64,000 bases of DNA from Nitrososphaeria archaeon (GCA_049969935.1 JBMFNX010000001.1:77270-141269); one strand, 5' to 3'. Counted from the stretch's first letter, positions 9,762 to 21,427 are shown. Translations and numbers: made by a program. Notes: generated by a model from the letters alone, not told the origin.

Positions 9762-10384
9762 GCAGCCCCACCCTTGGCCCCTGCTGCAGGACCAGGATGG
9801 GAAGAGCCGACATCGAGGTACCAAACCGCGGGGTCGATGGGGACTCTCGCCCGCGACGAGCCTGTTATCCCTGGGGTAACTTTTCTGTCACATCCGGCCC
9901 CCAATGGTGGGGACACGAATGATCGCTAGGCCCGGCTTTCGCCTCTGGATTCTCCTCTGTGAAGAATCCAGTCAGGCTGGCTTTTGGCCTTGCCCTCTAC
10001 AGCGGAGTTCTGACCCGCTTGAGCCAACCTTTGGGCCCCCTCGATATCTTTTCAAGGGGGTGCCGCCCCAGCCGAACTGCCCACCTGCCGGTGTCCTACG
10101 GTTACCCGTAGTTAGTGCTGTAGCCGGAGTTGGCTGGTGTTACATTGGCGCCTCCAGTGTTCCCGGAGGAACACCTTCTAAGGCTCCCAGCTACGCTCTG
10201 CAACCCCGACCACGGCACAACGACAGGCTGCAGTAAAGCTCCACAGGGACTTCTCTCCCCGATGGGAGTTCGTGGACTGTTCGTCCACGTTATGTGGGTT
10301 CGCCGGGTAGTAGGCGGGGACAGTGGGGCCCTCGTTGATCCATTCATGCACGTCGGAACTTACCCGACAAGGCATTTGGCTACC

Positions 10385-11075
10385 TTAAGCAACACCTTTT
10401 AGGTGTTGGACCATATCTTCGCCCTCGAGCTCATATTCATTTCGCTCTTAGGCGCTCGGCGTATGGTCTCTGAGGCGCCCCTCCGTCGATCAATTTCTGC
10501 TAAAACTTCTTCTAACGTGTACTTTCTATCCCTAGAAAGTTGGTAAGCCTTCTCTATAAGCCTTTTTAGACCTTCAAAACTTCTATGTTCACCTTTTTCA
10601 AGTGCTTCCACTATTTCAGCAAAGGCTTCGAATTCCTTCCATTTGATGATCGGCTTATGTTTTTTAAAGAATGGAATTATTTTTTCTGCTAACTGTTTTC
10701 TTGAATCAACGATATACTGTAGCACCGTATTTTCTTGCCCAGGCTTGGGTATTATACGTCCACATCTGAAGACACGCCTGAGTATTTCCAGAACAGGATA
10801 GTTTTCTTTTGCTTGAGTAACATGGAAGACTGGGTCGATCACCCATCCAAATTTTGTATCATCTTGTTTTTTAACAGAGATAGAAAAGCAGCCTTCTCCA
10901 TCCACTAAGCCTAAAATGTAATAATGTAAGTACTTCATTCGTTTTGGAAGCTTTTTTGCGTCAATTATGTCACTAAATTCGTATAACATTAAAACCCCAG
11001 TATGTTATTGGACGGTAGCGTATAAATGCTTGTATTTAACGGAGGGTTCCCTGCGGATAGGGTCATCAACTAGCC
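10385..11075 (-). mobile_element. archaeal rRNA intron within 23S domain IV, about 690 nt, inserted just 5' of the conserved CUUAAGGUAGC; its boundaries are approximate
   Basis: An abrupt AT-rich block interrupts GC-rich rRNA. The 5' exon ends near ...GGGAACCCUCCG (around 11075) and the 3' exon resumes at CUUAAGGUAGCC (around 10385). The intron contains a complete LAGLIDADG ORF. A hairpin CAACACCUAAAAGGUGUUG sits at the 3' junction. Confidence 0.75.
10399..10989 (-). CDS. LAGLIDADG-family homing endonuclease encoded within the 23S rRNA intron
   Basis: The 196-aa product carries the single motif YYILGLVDGEGCFSISV. The ORF is AT-rich and wholly inside the intron. An internal ATG giving MKYLHYYILGLVDGEG is an alternative start. 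Confidence 0.8.
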   Translation of the reverse strand: MLYEFSDIIDAKKLPKRMKYLHYYILGLVDGEGCFSISVKKQDDTKFGWVIDPVFHVTQAKENYPVLEILRRVFRCGRIIPKPGQENTVLQYIVDSRKQLAEKIIPFFKKHKPIIKWKEFEAFAEIVEALEKGEHRSFEGLKRLIEKAYQLSRDRKYTLEEVLAEIDRRRGASETIRRAPKSEMNMSSRAKIWSNT

Positions 11076-12680
11076 ACTTTTCCCTTCTCGGGGGGCTTCG
11101 TTTCACCCTTCTCCGCATATAGCCGAGTTTAGTGACTCCCTTTTATGTTGAGAGTCAGAGTTACTCCCGGCGTTTAGCGGCCCTTAGCCCGGTTGTACCC
11201 GGGTTTTAGGTACCGCCACTGGCCAGGATTCAGAGACTGTACACACCCTTTCGGGCTTGCAGTCTCCTATGTTTTTATTAAACAGTCGGGACCCCCTTGT
11301 CACTGCGACCTGCAACCCTGGTTTTGCCAAGGTCACAGGCACCCCTTATACCGAAGGTACGGGGCTAATTTGCCGAGTTCCCTCGCCTACGGTATTCCCG
11401 ATACACCTTGGGCTTCTCACCCAGGGCACCTGTGTCGGTTCTCGGTACGGTCTTGGATAGCACTCCTATTCTTAGTTTTCATGGCGTCCAAGAATCGCTG
11501 GAACCGACCAAATGGCCGGCTATTCCTCACTCGGTAGGATTCTCGTCATTACGACACTCCTCCTACCTTGTAGAGTTAAATGGAGCGACGGCTCCACTCC
11601 AGCTATCTTGAACGCACTAAGAATAGTGTGTTACCAGACTTTCGTCTGGTAACGCGTGCTATCCAAGGCACCGGAATATTAACCGGTTTCCCTTTCGTCC
11701 ACGCAAGTTGAACGTGGACTTAGGACCGGCTTACTCCTGGTCGACGACGCGTTGCCAGGAAACCCTTGCCCTTTCGGTGGTCAGGATTCTCACCTGACTA
11801 TGCTGCTACTACCACCGGGATCTGCACTAGAGGTCGGTCCACTGAACCTTACGGCTCAGCTTCTACCCAACCTCTACGCCTCCCTACCGCCACGGTCTTG
11901 TGGACCGTGACCTAGAGTATCGGCAGTCGGCTTAAGCCCCGTCCATTTTCGGGGCCACCGAGCTCGGCAGGTGAGCTGTTACGCACTCTTTAAAGGATGG
12001 CTGCTTCTAAGCCTACCTCCCTGCTGTCTAAGCTCGGTGACACCCTTCGGTTTGACACTTAGCCGACATTTGGGGGCCTTAACTCTAGTCTGGGTTGTCC
12101 CCCTCTCGGTTATGGGGCTTACCCCACATAAACCCGCTTCCTGGCTTCTTCTAGGATAAAGCCTTCGGAGTTTGAAAAGCGAGTGGACCCTTTCGGATCC
12201 TTGCTCGCTTATCCTCACTCTACAGCTTTATCCCTATCTGCCAGGACTAGACTGGGATCTATTTCGGGAGGAACTAGCGATCACCGAGCTAGATGGGCTT
12301 TTGGCCCCTTGCCCCAGGTCAGGGGAGCGATTTGCACGTCAGCACCCTTTCGGACCTCCAGCGGGCTTTCGCCCGCCTTCGTCCTGCCCAGGGCACGATC
12401 GCTCGGTTTCTAGTCTTACTGCCACGACTAAAGGCCCTTTCAGACCCTCTCCCTCTGGAACCTTTTAAGGTTCCATGCGGAGATTCGGTTTCCCTTCGCC
12501 TTCGGGCTTTTAACCCTTAAGCTCGCCGTGACAGTAAACTCCCCGGCCCGTGTTTCTAGACGGAGCGTGCGACCTTGGAATGCTTGATACTAAACAACAT
12601 TAAATGCTGGAGAGAACTCCAACAGATAATGTTGTTTAGTATTTACATTCCTTTCAGGCCGCACTCGTCTGTAACCTTTT

Positions 12681-12713
<33 letters not shown>

Positions 12714-13282
12714 ACTTTTCAGCTTTCCCTCACGGTACTAGTGCGCTATCGGTCTTGGAAGGTATTTAGCCTTGGAGGCCACTTTCCCCCATATTCCTTA
12801 GCCATTGTCAAGGCCAAGTACTCTGGCTGACAGCGATAACTTTTCCCATTTTTGCCTACGGGGATTTCACCCTCTATGTCGGGTCATTCCAGACCACTTC
12901 GGCTAATGGGAAAAGTTACCATAATGCTGTCAGCAACCACTACATCCTACATTGGTCACCCAATGTAGTTCAGTTTGGGCTTTTCCCTTTTCGCTCGCCG
13001 CTACTCAGGGAATCTCAATTGATTTCTTTTCCTCACCCTACTAGGATGTTTCCGTTCGGGTGGTTCGCGATCCTTTCGGATCGTTATCTAGGTCTTAAGA
13101 CCTAGATAACAGGAATTCCCATTCGGGGATGCCGGAATCAACGGCTGCATGCGCCTACTCCGGCCTTTTCGCAGCTTGCCACGCCCTTCTTCGCCCTCCA
13201 AGCCGAGCCATCCACCAAAAGGCGTCGTTGTCGGAGAGATACTGTCTGGCTGTCACACCTATGCATGACATTCATTGGAGAC

Positions 13283-13371
13283 CCTTTAGGCCTCCTATGT
13301 CCTTCATCCATGATCCATATGGATCATGAATTGCATCATGGGAAGTGTGATGCTTAGTCGATTAACTTTCG
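13283..13371 (-). other. 16S-23S internal transcribed spacer with no tRNA gene; it holds the 23S 5' processing-stem strand and a 20-bp perfect palindrome
   Basis: CTGTCTGGCTGTCACACCTATGCAT (13285-13310) is complementary to 9361-9390. CATGATCCATATGGATCATG at about 13304-13323 is a perfect palindrome. GTGTGATGCTTAGTCGATTAA (13344-13365) pairs with 14881-14901, the bulge-helix-bulge-type stem that flanks the 16S. Confidence 0.6.
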
Positions 13372-14877
<1,506 letters not shown>

Positions 14878-15048
14878 GACGCACTACTATTAATCGACTA
14901 AGCATCACACCCTTCTCGGATCCGAAGTTTACTTCGAATCCTCATCTTGTACGCGCAACTGGAGGCTTGTTATTCATCGCAAAAAGGGGAACTTTGTTCC
15001 CATGCTCTAACAAAGCGCCGCCATTGCGCAAACATTAACCGCTAAAAA

Positions 15049-15064
15049 GGGATATAAAAATTTT
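15049..15064 (-). promoter_or_regulatory. candidate TATA box/BRE for the rRNA operon
   Basis: The minus strand reads AAAATTTTTATATCCC about 170 nt upstream of the 16S 5' end. This is a positional guess only. Confidence 0.3.
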
Positions 15065-15094
15065 GCTGATAATTATGTGAATTGACAATTTTAA

Positions 15095-15104
15095 TTTTTA
15101 TAAG
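15095..15104 (+). promoter_or_regulatory. candidate TATA box for tRNA-Leu(CAA)
   Basis: TTTTTATAAG is centred about 28 nt upstream of tRNA position 1. Confidence 0.35.
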
Positions 15105-15127
15105 TTAAGGGAGATTATTTTTATGGC

Positions 15128-15212
15128 GCGGGGGTTCCCGAGCCAGGTCAAAGGGGACAGACTCAAGATCTGTTCGCGTAGGCGTTCGTGGGTTCAAATC
15201 CCACCCCCCGCA
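15128..15212 (+). tRNA. tRNA-Leu(CAA), class II with a long variable arm
   Basis: The gene shows acceptor GCGGGGG/CCCCCGC, anticodon stem ACAGA/TCTGT, loop CUCAAGA, a 14-nt variable arm, T-arm GTGGGTTCAAATCCCAC and discriminator A. CCA is not encoded. Confidence 0.8.
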
Positions 15213-15295
15213 TTATACCATAATACAAGTTTACAGTTTTAGGTAAATTTTGTTTACAAAATGTTTTCCTAATCAAGATCAAATGGGCTTATTAT

Positions 15296-15520
15296 TTACT
15301 TTGAAGGTCTTATAAAAAAGAAGACTAATGTAAATAGCATAAGAATTATGAAAGTGATCAAATAGATTAGTTGCGTACGTTTCATTCTTTTATCCATTTC
15401 AATGGACTTCTGCATGCATGCATTTGAGCAGAAAGTTTTTCCTATTGGAATAGCGGCACCACAAATTTTACAATGTGTATGTGGAGGAATTGCTCTAGAC
15501 TTATTTTGTTTTTCTGACAT
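15296..15520 (-). CDS. small zinc-ribbon membrane protein
   Basis: The product contains CKICGAAIPIGKTFCSNAC (CxxC...CxxxC) followed by a C-terminal transmembrane helix and is 74 aa. Confidence 0.4.
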   Translation of the reverse strand: MSEKQNKSRAIPPHTHCKICGAAIPIGKTFCSNACMQKSIEMDKRMKRTQLIYLITFIILMLFTLVFFFIRPSK

Positions 15521-15525
15521 TTAAC

Positions 15526-16206
15526 TCACTTTATCACTATTTCAGTACCTACTTTAGAACCTTTTATTGCATTTAATATATTTTGTGGTGTACAAAGAAC
15601 AATTCTTGTTCTAATATTGGATCGTTCAATTACTTTAATAGCTAAAGGATCAAAAAGATCGTAAGAACCTGCAATAAGAGGAGAAGATGTAACTAAATTA
15701 AAAAGAGTCTTTGTATCTATTTGATCATATTTTTTTGCATTCTTATCAATTTTAGGGTCAGCTGTATAGACGCCATCGACATCTGTCGCGTTGACGAAAA
15801 GTGTGGCTCTAGATTTTTCTGCAACTAATGCTGCGGTAGCATTAGTAGAATGCCCTGGATAAAGGCCGCCAAGAACAACTATTTTCCCAAAATTAAGTGC
15901 CAAAGACAATTCATCCATTGACGAGGGCACTAATGGATAGGCAAAAGAACCAAGTGCACCAATTATTATTTTCGCATTTAATCTTGACACAGATATACCG
16001 ATTTCATCCAAAGTGGTTTCATCTACACCAAAAGCACGCAAGACATTTATGTAATTTCTTGCAACTTCACCACCACCAGAGACTATTATTGGCTGTATAC
16101 CTTCATTTAATAATGAAACAAAAGATTCACATAGAACTTTAATATAATTTAAATCAAAGGGTTGCTTAAATATAGAACCACTTAATTTAATTACCACACG
16201 TTGCAA
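15526..16206 (-). CDS. pyrH: uridylate (UMP) kinase, archaeal type
   Basis: The amino-acid-kinase fold is clear from ...QRVVIKLSGSIF...IVSGGGEVARNYI...VLGGLYPGHSTNATAALVAE...DVDGVYTADPK. The six-frame ORF extends to 16455, but that extension has no homology and would overlap the aRF1 start. The likely start is the TTG at 16204-16206, giving MQRVVIKLSGS; an ATG at 16248 is the alternative. Confidence 0.75.
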   Translation of the reverse strand: MQRVVIKLSGSIFKQPFDLNYIKVLCESFVSLLNEGIQPIIVSGGGEVARNYINVLRAFGVDETTLDEIGISVSRLNAKIIIGALGSFAYPLVPSSMDELSLALNFGKIVVLGGLYPGHSTNATAALVAEKSRATLFVNATDVDGVYTADPKIDKNAKKYDQIDTKTLFNLVTSSPLIAGSYDLFDPLAIKVIERSNIRTRIVLCTPQNILNAIKGSKVGTEIVIK

Positions 16207-16261
16207 GGGTATCTCGCATAACCATCTTAAATAGTAAGATAAAAACATACTGTGATGTAAA

Positions 16262-17521
16262 ATGGAAAGTGACAAAGGAAAAAGTTCAGTTGAGAAGTAT
16301 AGATTAAAGCAATTAGTGGTAGAACTTTCAAAGAAAAGAGGAAGAGGAACTGAATTAATTTCATTATATATACCTCCAGGGAAACCCATCCATGAAGTAA
16401 TAAATTCTTTGAGAGAGGAATGGGGTACTGCATCTAATATAAAATCAGATACCACAAGAACACATGTACAAGATGCTTTAGTAAAAACTATGCAACGTTT
16501 AAAACTCTATAAGAAAGCGCCTGAAAATGGGCTCGTCATATTTTGCGGTGCTTTACCAACAAATGGATTAGGAAGTGAAACAATTTTCCTTTATGAAATA
16601 GTGCCAATTAAGCCTGTGCAAACATATCTTTATAGGTGCGATGACCATTTCCACACAGAAATTTTACAAGAAATGTTAAAGGAGGAAACACTAATTGGAA
16701 TAATTTCAATAGACACATCAGAGGCTGGTTTAGGTTTACTCTATGGCGATAGGGTAGAAGTAGCAGAAGTTCTGACGTCTGGAATATCGGGAAAACATAG
16801 AGCGGGAGGACAATCTGCACGAAGATTTGAACGTCTTAGAGAGATGGAGGTAAATGACTTTTTCCATCGAGTGGGAAGACATGCAACAAAATTGTTTTTG
16901 GAAGAAAATAAGGTAAGTAAACTAATTGTTAGTGGGCCAGGGCCTACAAAGGATGACTTTTTAAAAGGAGAGTACTTACACTATCAATTACGAGACAAAA
17001 TTGTTGCTGTAATAGATACTTCATATGCCGGAGAAGAAGGCATTCGTGAGACGGTTATGAAAGCAGAAAAAGTTTTGGAAGATTTAAGACTTGTTGAAGA
17101 AATTAAGTTAGTTCAAAACTTTTTACGCGAGGTGACGAGAGAAGATGGCCTAGCAGTTTATGGTATTAATGCAGTAGAAAACAGTCTCAATCAAGGCAAT
17201 GTTGATACAATAATTGTTGTTGAAGATATTAATATGATAGCACTTAAGGTTAAATGTAAATATTGTGGAAGAGAGATTATTGAATATATTGCTCGCGATG
17301 AATATATAAAACGTAAACAGGAAATTTTGGCTTCAGCTTGTGCAGGATGCCAGAGACTTGATTATGAAGTAGAAGAAGAAGATTATATAGAGTATATTGC
17401 TAGGAAAGCAGATTTAGTTGGAGCACGGGTAGAAGTAATTTCATCTAAAACAGAATCAGGTATAATGCTTAAAAACTTTGGAGGAATTGGGGCAATATTA
17501 AGATATAGACCACGTACTTAA
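16262..17521 (+). CDS. prf1: peptide chain release factor aRF1 (eRF1 homologue)
   Basis: The NIKS motif (GTASNIKSD) and the GGQ motif (KHRAGGQSARRFERL) are both present. The C-terminal domain carries a CxxC...CxxC zinc-ribbon-like insertion, CKYCG...CAGCQ. Confidence 0.9.
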   Translation: MESDKGKSSVEKYRLKQLVVELSKKRGRGTELISLYIPPGKPIHEVINSLREEWGTASNIKSDTTRTHVQDALVKTMQRLKLYKKAPENGLVIFCGALPTNGLGSETIFLYEIVPIKPVQTYLYRCDDHFHTEILQEMLKEETLIGIISIDTSEAGLGLLYGDRVEVAEVLTSGISGKHRAGGQSARRFERLREMEVNDFFHRVGRHATKLFLEENKVSKLIVSGPGPTKDDFLKGEYLHYQLRDKIVAVIDTSYAGEEGIRETVMKAEKVLEDLRLVEEIKLVQNFLREVTREDGLAVYGINAVENSLNQGNVDTIIVVEDINMIALKVKCKYCGREIIEYIARDEYIKRKQEILASACAGCQRLDYEVEEEDYIEYIARKADLVGARVEVISSKTESGIMLKNFGGIGAILRYRPRT

Positions 17522-19935
17522 AGTTTAACAAAGATATTTTCATCGACCTTTTCAAAGTCATTTGATGGAAGCATATCATAAAATATTTCCTTAACTTTAT
17601 GCATGGAAATTATTTCCTTTTCAAACACTCTTAATTCTTTCGGTATGCATAACATTGAAATTGGTGAAGCAAGGGATAGTAATTTCTTCTTTTTATAACT
17701 CCATATAGCAGAATTTAGTTGCATAAATCTGTCAAAAAGATCAGAAAACTCCTTTTTTGTCCCTTGTGGCACTGGATATTCTTCAAGATGAACACTCTCC
17801 TTAAAATTAAAGATTTTTTGATAAATTGCTTCTGAAATAAATGGAGTTATAGGTGCAATTAGACAAATTATTGTATAAAGAACTCGATAAAGTGTGGAAA
17901 TAGCACTCTTGGAAGAGAGTTCAGGGAATTCCTTATTTTTATTATAGGCTCTAGATTTTACTGCTTCAATGTAGTGATCTGCAAATATATTCCAAGTAAA
18001 ATATCTAATTGCTCGTGCAGCTTCAAACGAATCAAGCTCCTCAAAAGAAAGTCTACATACCTGTATTAGTTCATCCAACTTTTCTAGTATAGCTTTGTCT
18101 ATTGGTTCCAATGGCGCTTCCTCACATGGTGGGAATTGGGATATAAAACGTGAAATATTCCAAAGTTTTGTGATAAACTTTCTTGCACCAGAAACCCTGC
18201 TTTCAGAAAATAGATAATTTGAACCCAATTTTGCTTCACTTGCAGCCCAAAGCCTAAAAGCGTCAGCACCATATTTTTTTACAATCGGTTCAGGATAAAT
18301 GACATTCCCAAGGTGTCTATGCATAGCACGTCCATGCTCATCAAGACCCATACCAGAAAGACGTACATACTTAAAAGCTGGTTTTTGAGTTAGCTGATAA
18401 ATCCTTAGTAAGGAATAGTAGAGCCATGTTCTAACTATATCTATTCCTTGAGGACGCATTCCTACTGGAACGTCAGGTAAAGGATACCCTAATTTTCTAC
18501 CAAGTCTTAACACATATAATGCAGAAACACTAGAGTCAACCCATGTATCAAATGTTCTAATTTCACCTTCAAAGTCTCTTCCCCCGCAATTTTTGCAACT
18601 TTCTAATGGATAAGGTTGTTTCCATGGTTGATAATAGTTTCCAGGTAAAGGTAAATTAGGGGTACCACATTTCTTACAGTACCAAATAGGCAGTTCAGTT
18701 CCATAAAAACGTCTTCTAGAAATAGGCCAGTCAGATGTAATAGAGTTTATCCAATTAATTAAAATATTGATAGATTCTGGAGGAAAGAACTTTATTTGCT
18801 CTTTTGAAATTTTAAGAATATCTTCCAAAAATTCTATTTGCTTAAGATAATATTCTTTCACATTTATATATTCTACTGGTGTTGAACAACGCCAACATAC
18901 TGGAACATTCTGAGTTATAACTTCTTTTTTAAGCAATAATGATTCCTCTTCTAATAAGGAAACTATTTTTTTCCGAGCTTCTTCAACGTTCAGACCAAAA
19001 AGTGGACCTGAATTTTCGTTCATTACTGCATTCTCGTTTAACAATACTTTAGGTTTTAATCTAAGTTCTTTAAAGAGTCTAATATCTGACTGATCACCAT
19101 AGGAACAAATCATTACTAGACCGCTTCCAAATTCAGGTTTTGCATAGGGGTGGGGAATTATCGGAACTTTATGATTATATATTGGAACAATGGCGAAAGA
19201 ATCTTTGAGGCTAGAGTATCTATTATCATCGGGATTAAATATTATAGCCTCACATGCACCTAGTAATTCAGGTCTTGTTGTAGCGACAACAATATAATTT
19301 GTAGTGTTAGATGATTGTGATTCTAATTGAAACTTAATATAGAAAAGCGTAGAATTTCGCTCTTCTTTCTCTAATTCGGCATCAGCAATTGTTGTCTTAC
19401 AACTTGGACACCAATTAACGGGTCGTTCCTCTTCATAAACCAAACCTCTTTTCCAAACTTCAATAAATGTTTCTTGCGTGAAAGCACGATAGTCAGGGGA
19501 ATCTGTTCTATAGCCATTTTCGAAATCACAACTTAATCCTAACCTGTAGAGTGTTTCAACAATTCTACTTTCTGTTTCATCAAGTATTTTTTTACATTGT
19601 TCTAAAAATATTTCTCTAGGAATTTCAGTTGCTTTCTTATTTAACTTTTTTTCAGCCATCAATTCAACAGGTAAACCATTTCTGTCTACACCCCAAGGAA
19701 AAAACACGTTCTTTTTATTCATCCTGAAATATCTTGCAATAATGTCAATTTGAACATAGTGGGCAGAACCACCAACATGCATTGAACCTGTAGCATATGG
19801 AGGAGGAATATCTATTACGAACCAGTCATATGATGGATTAAAACAGCGATACACATTTGTCTTTTTCCAATAATCTAAAATAAATAGCTCATCTTCAGGT
19901 TCAAACGTTTTTTTGTCAAATAGGGGTGTATGCAT
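17518..19935 (-). CDS. valS: class Ia aminoacyl-tRNA synthetase, most similar to valyl-tRNA synthetase; short at 805 aa, with degenerate HIGH and KMSKS signatures
   Basis: PPPYATGSMHVGG sits at the HIGH position. VVATTRPELLGACEAI, DWPISRRRFYGTELPIWY and DTWVDSSVS are ValRS/IleRS-type blocks. The KMSKS position reads DEHGRAMHRHLGNVIYP. Confidence 0.65.
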   Translation of the reverse strand: MHTPLFDKKTFEPEDELFILDYWKKTNVYRCFNPSYDWFVIDIPPPYATGSMHVGGSAHYVQIDIIARYFRMNKKNVFFPWGVDRNGLPVELMAEKKLNKKATEIPREIFLEQCKKILDETESRIVETLYRLGLSCDFENGYRTDSPDYRAFTQETFIEVWKRGLVYEEERPVNWCPSCKTTIADAELEKEERNSTLFYIKFQLESQSSNTTNYIVVATTRPELLGACEAIIFNPDDNRYSSLKDSFAIVPIYNHKVPIIPHPYAKPEFGSGLVMICSYGDQSDIRLFKELRLKPKVLLNENAVMNENSGPLFGLNVEEARKKIVSLLEEESLLLKKEVITQNVPVCWRCSTPVEYINVKEYYLKQIEFLEDILKISKEQIKFFPPESINILINWINSITSDWPISRRRFYGTELPIWYCKKCGTPNLPLPGNYYQPWKQPYPLESCKNCGGRDFEGEIRTFDTWVDSSVSALYVLRLGRKLGYPLPDVPVGMRPQGIDIVRTWLYYSLLRIYQLTQKPAFKYVRLSGMGLDEHGRAMHRHLGNVIYPEPIVKKYGADAFRLWAASEAKLGSNYLFSESRVSGARKFITKLWNISRFISQFPPCEEAPLEPIDKAILEKLDELIQVCRLSFEELDSFEAARAIRYFTWNIFADHYIEAVKSRAYNKNKEFPELSSKSAISTLYRVLYTIICLIAPITPFISEAIYQKIFNFKESVHLEEYPVPQGTKKEFSDLFDRFMQLNSAIWSYKKKKLLSLASPISMLCIPKELRVFEKEIISMHKVKEIFYDMLPSNDFEKVDENIFVKL

Positions 19936-20033
19936 AGGCGCTCAAATGTTATAAAAACCGGTAAATCCTTTCATATAAAAATATTTGGGTGCAACAGTTA
20001 TTTATAAATAGAAATATTACTAACCGTAATTGA

Positions 20034-20107
20034 GCCCTGGTAGCTCAGCTGGTAGAGCGCCGCCTTGGTAAGGCGGAGGTTCGCGGGTTCAACCCCCGCC
20101 CAGGGCT
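20034..20107 (+). tRNA. tRNA-Thr(GGU)
   Basis: The gene shows acceptor GCCCTGG/CCAGGGC, D-arm GCTCAGCTGGTAGAGC, anticodon stem CCGCC/GGCGG, loop UUGGUAA, T-arm GCGGGTTCAACCCCCGC and discriminator U. Confidence 0.8.
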
Positions 20108-20129
20108 CACCTTACTAGAAAATAGAATA

Positions 20130-21287
20130 TCAGACTTTCCAATCAAGTTTATATTTTTTATAAATGAATGGAGTTATTATTCCAACAATAAGTACAAAGA
20201 ATGCAAAAGGTTGATAAAGATAATAGTATATAGTAAATTCAAAAAGGTTAAAATCAAGATTTAACTTTTTGGAGAAAAAGAAAAATAGAAATAGAAAGAA
20301 TATAAAACTTATTATGAAATTCAGTAGACTTGATAAAATAAAAAGTGAAATAGAAAAAAGAAATGGAAAAGCGATAAGAAAGGGAAACTTTGTAGCCAAA
20401 AAAATTATTGCAAAGTTTAAAATTTTATACCCTAAAAAGTTTGATAAAAAGTAAGACAAAATAATGGGAATGAATGTTGGAAAAAGTATTACAAAACTTA
20501 ATATTGCAATATGAGGATATTTCCTTACATATTTTAGAAGATCCCTCCAATGATCCTTAAGCCATAGTCCAACACCAACACTCCATCTTTTCCTTTGATT
20601 GAACCAGGTTATCCAATTTGGAGGACATCTTGTCTGAATCTTTATTTTTTCATAAAATTTAAAATATTTGTCCCTTAGTGCAACCTTAATAGCTAAATCA
20701 AGATCTTCTGAAATGACTCTTGAAAAACCACCAACTTCTTCAAAGACTTCTCTTTTAATTGCAAAAGCTGAACCATTAATACCTAAGCATCTATTCGTAA
20801 ATCTCGAATAAAGATAATTAACAAAATTTGAACTAATAAATTCATAATTAACCATCCTAGAAATAAAAGAGTCCTTTACAACTTCCTTCTTTATATCAAG
20901 GATGTCAGTTTCAAGCATTTCTTTCACAATCTCATTTAGAAAATTTCCTTCATTTGCAATTCTAATATCTGAATCTAAGAAAACAAGAATTTCACCTGTT
21001 GAACGTTTAACAGCATCATTTAAGGCATTTACTTTACCTACACGTTGAGAATTTAGAATAAAATAAATCTGCGAATCTGTATCCTGATATTTTCCAATAA
21101 TATTTAACATAGCCTGACTCGGATTGTCTATTATTACAAAAATTTCCTTATTCTTATAATCATCTCTTAATAATGAATCTAATAATGAATCTAATAAATC
21201 TGAATTCGCATACACAGGAATAAAGATACTAATTCTTTTTCCATATTTTTCCGATGAATTATTAACTTTTTTATCATCTTCATTCAA
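20130..21287 (-). CDS. family 2 glycosyltransferase with a C-terminal polytopic membrane domain
   Basis: The GT-A fold is seen in IFIPVYANSD...VFLDSDIRI (DxD), followed by about five hydrophobic helices in a QxxRW-like context (FNQRKRWSVG). Confidence 0.65.
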   Translation of the reverse strand: MNEDDKKVNNSSEKYGKRISIFIPVYANSDLLDSLLDSLLRDDYKNKEIFVIIDNPSQAMLNIIGKYQDTDSQIYFILNSQRVGKVNALNDAVKRSTGEILVFLDSDIRIANEGNFLNEIVKEMLETDILDIKKEVVKDSFISRMVNYEFISSNFVNYLYSRFTNRCLGINGSAFAIKREVFEEVGGFSRVISEDLDLAIKVALRDKYFKFYEKIKIQTRCPPNWITWFNQRKRWSVGVGLWLKDHWRDLLKYVRKYPHIAILSFVILFPTFIPIILSYFLSNFLGYKILNFAIIFLATKFPFLIAFPFLFSISLFILSSLLNFIISFIFFLFLFFFFSKKLNLDFNLFEFTIYYYLYQPFAFFVLIVGIITPFIYKKYKLDWKV

Positions 21288-21427
21288 GAAAGGAATAGCC
21301 TCCTTTATTAATGGATTTTTGTGATTCTTTGCATATGACCCTTTAATAGAACCCCTATTTATTTAAACTGATTTAAATTAAAAAAGAGGAAAGTTTTAAA
21401 CCCTATTACTAATACGCTTAATTAGAA

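Noticed and set aside
16207-16455. The N-terminal 83 codons of the six-frame ORF 15526-16455
   Set aside because: There is no homology to UMP kinases before QRVVIKLSGS. The extension would run over the divergent aRF1 start codon at 16262. It was trimmed to a TTG/ATG start near 16206-16248.
20269-20454. A 61-aa Lys-rich ORF on the plus strand
   Set aside because: It lies antisense inside the well-supported GT2 glycosyltransferase gene and is a low-complexity AAA/AAG artefact. The same reasoning was applied to 21418-21696, 21772-21957, 21840-22025, 3304-3534, 36724-37056, 47030-47799 and similar antisense ORFs.
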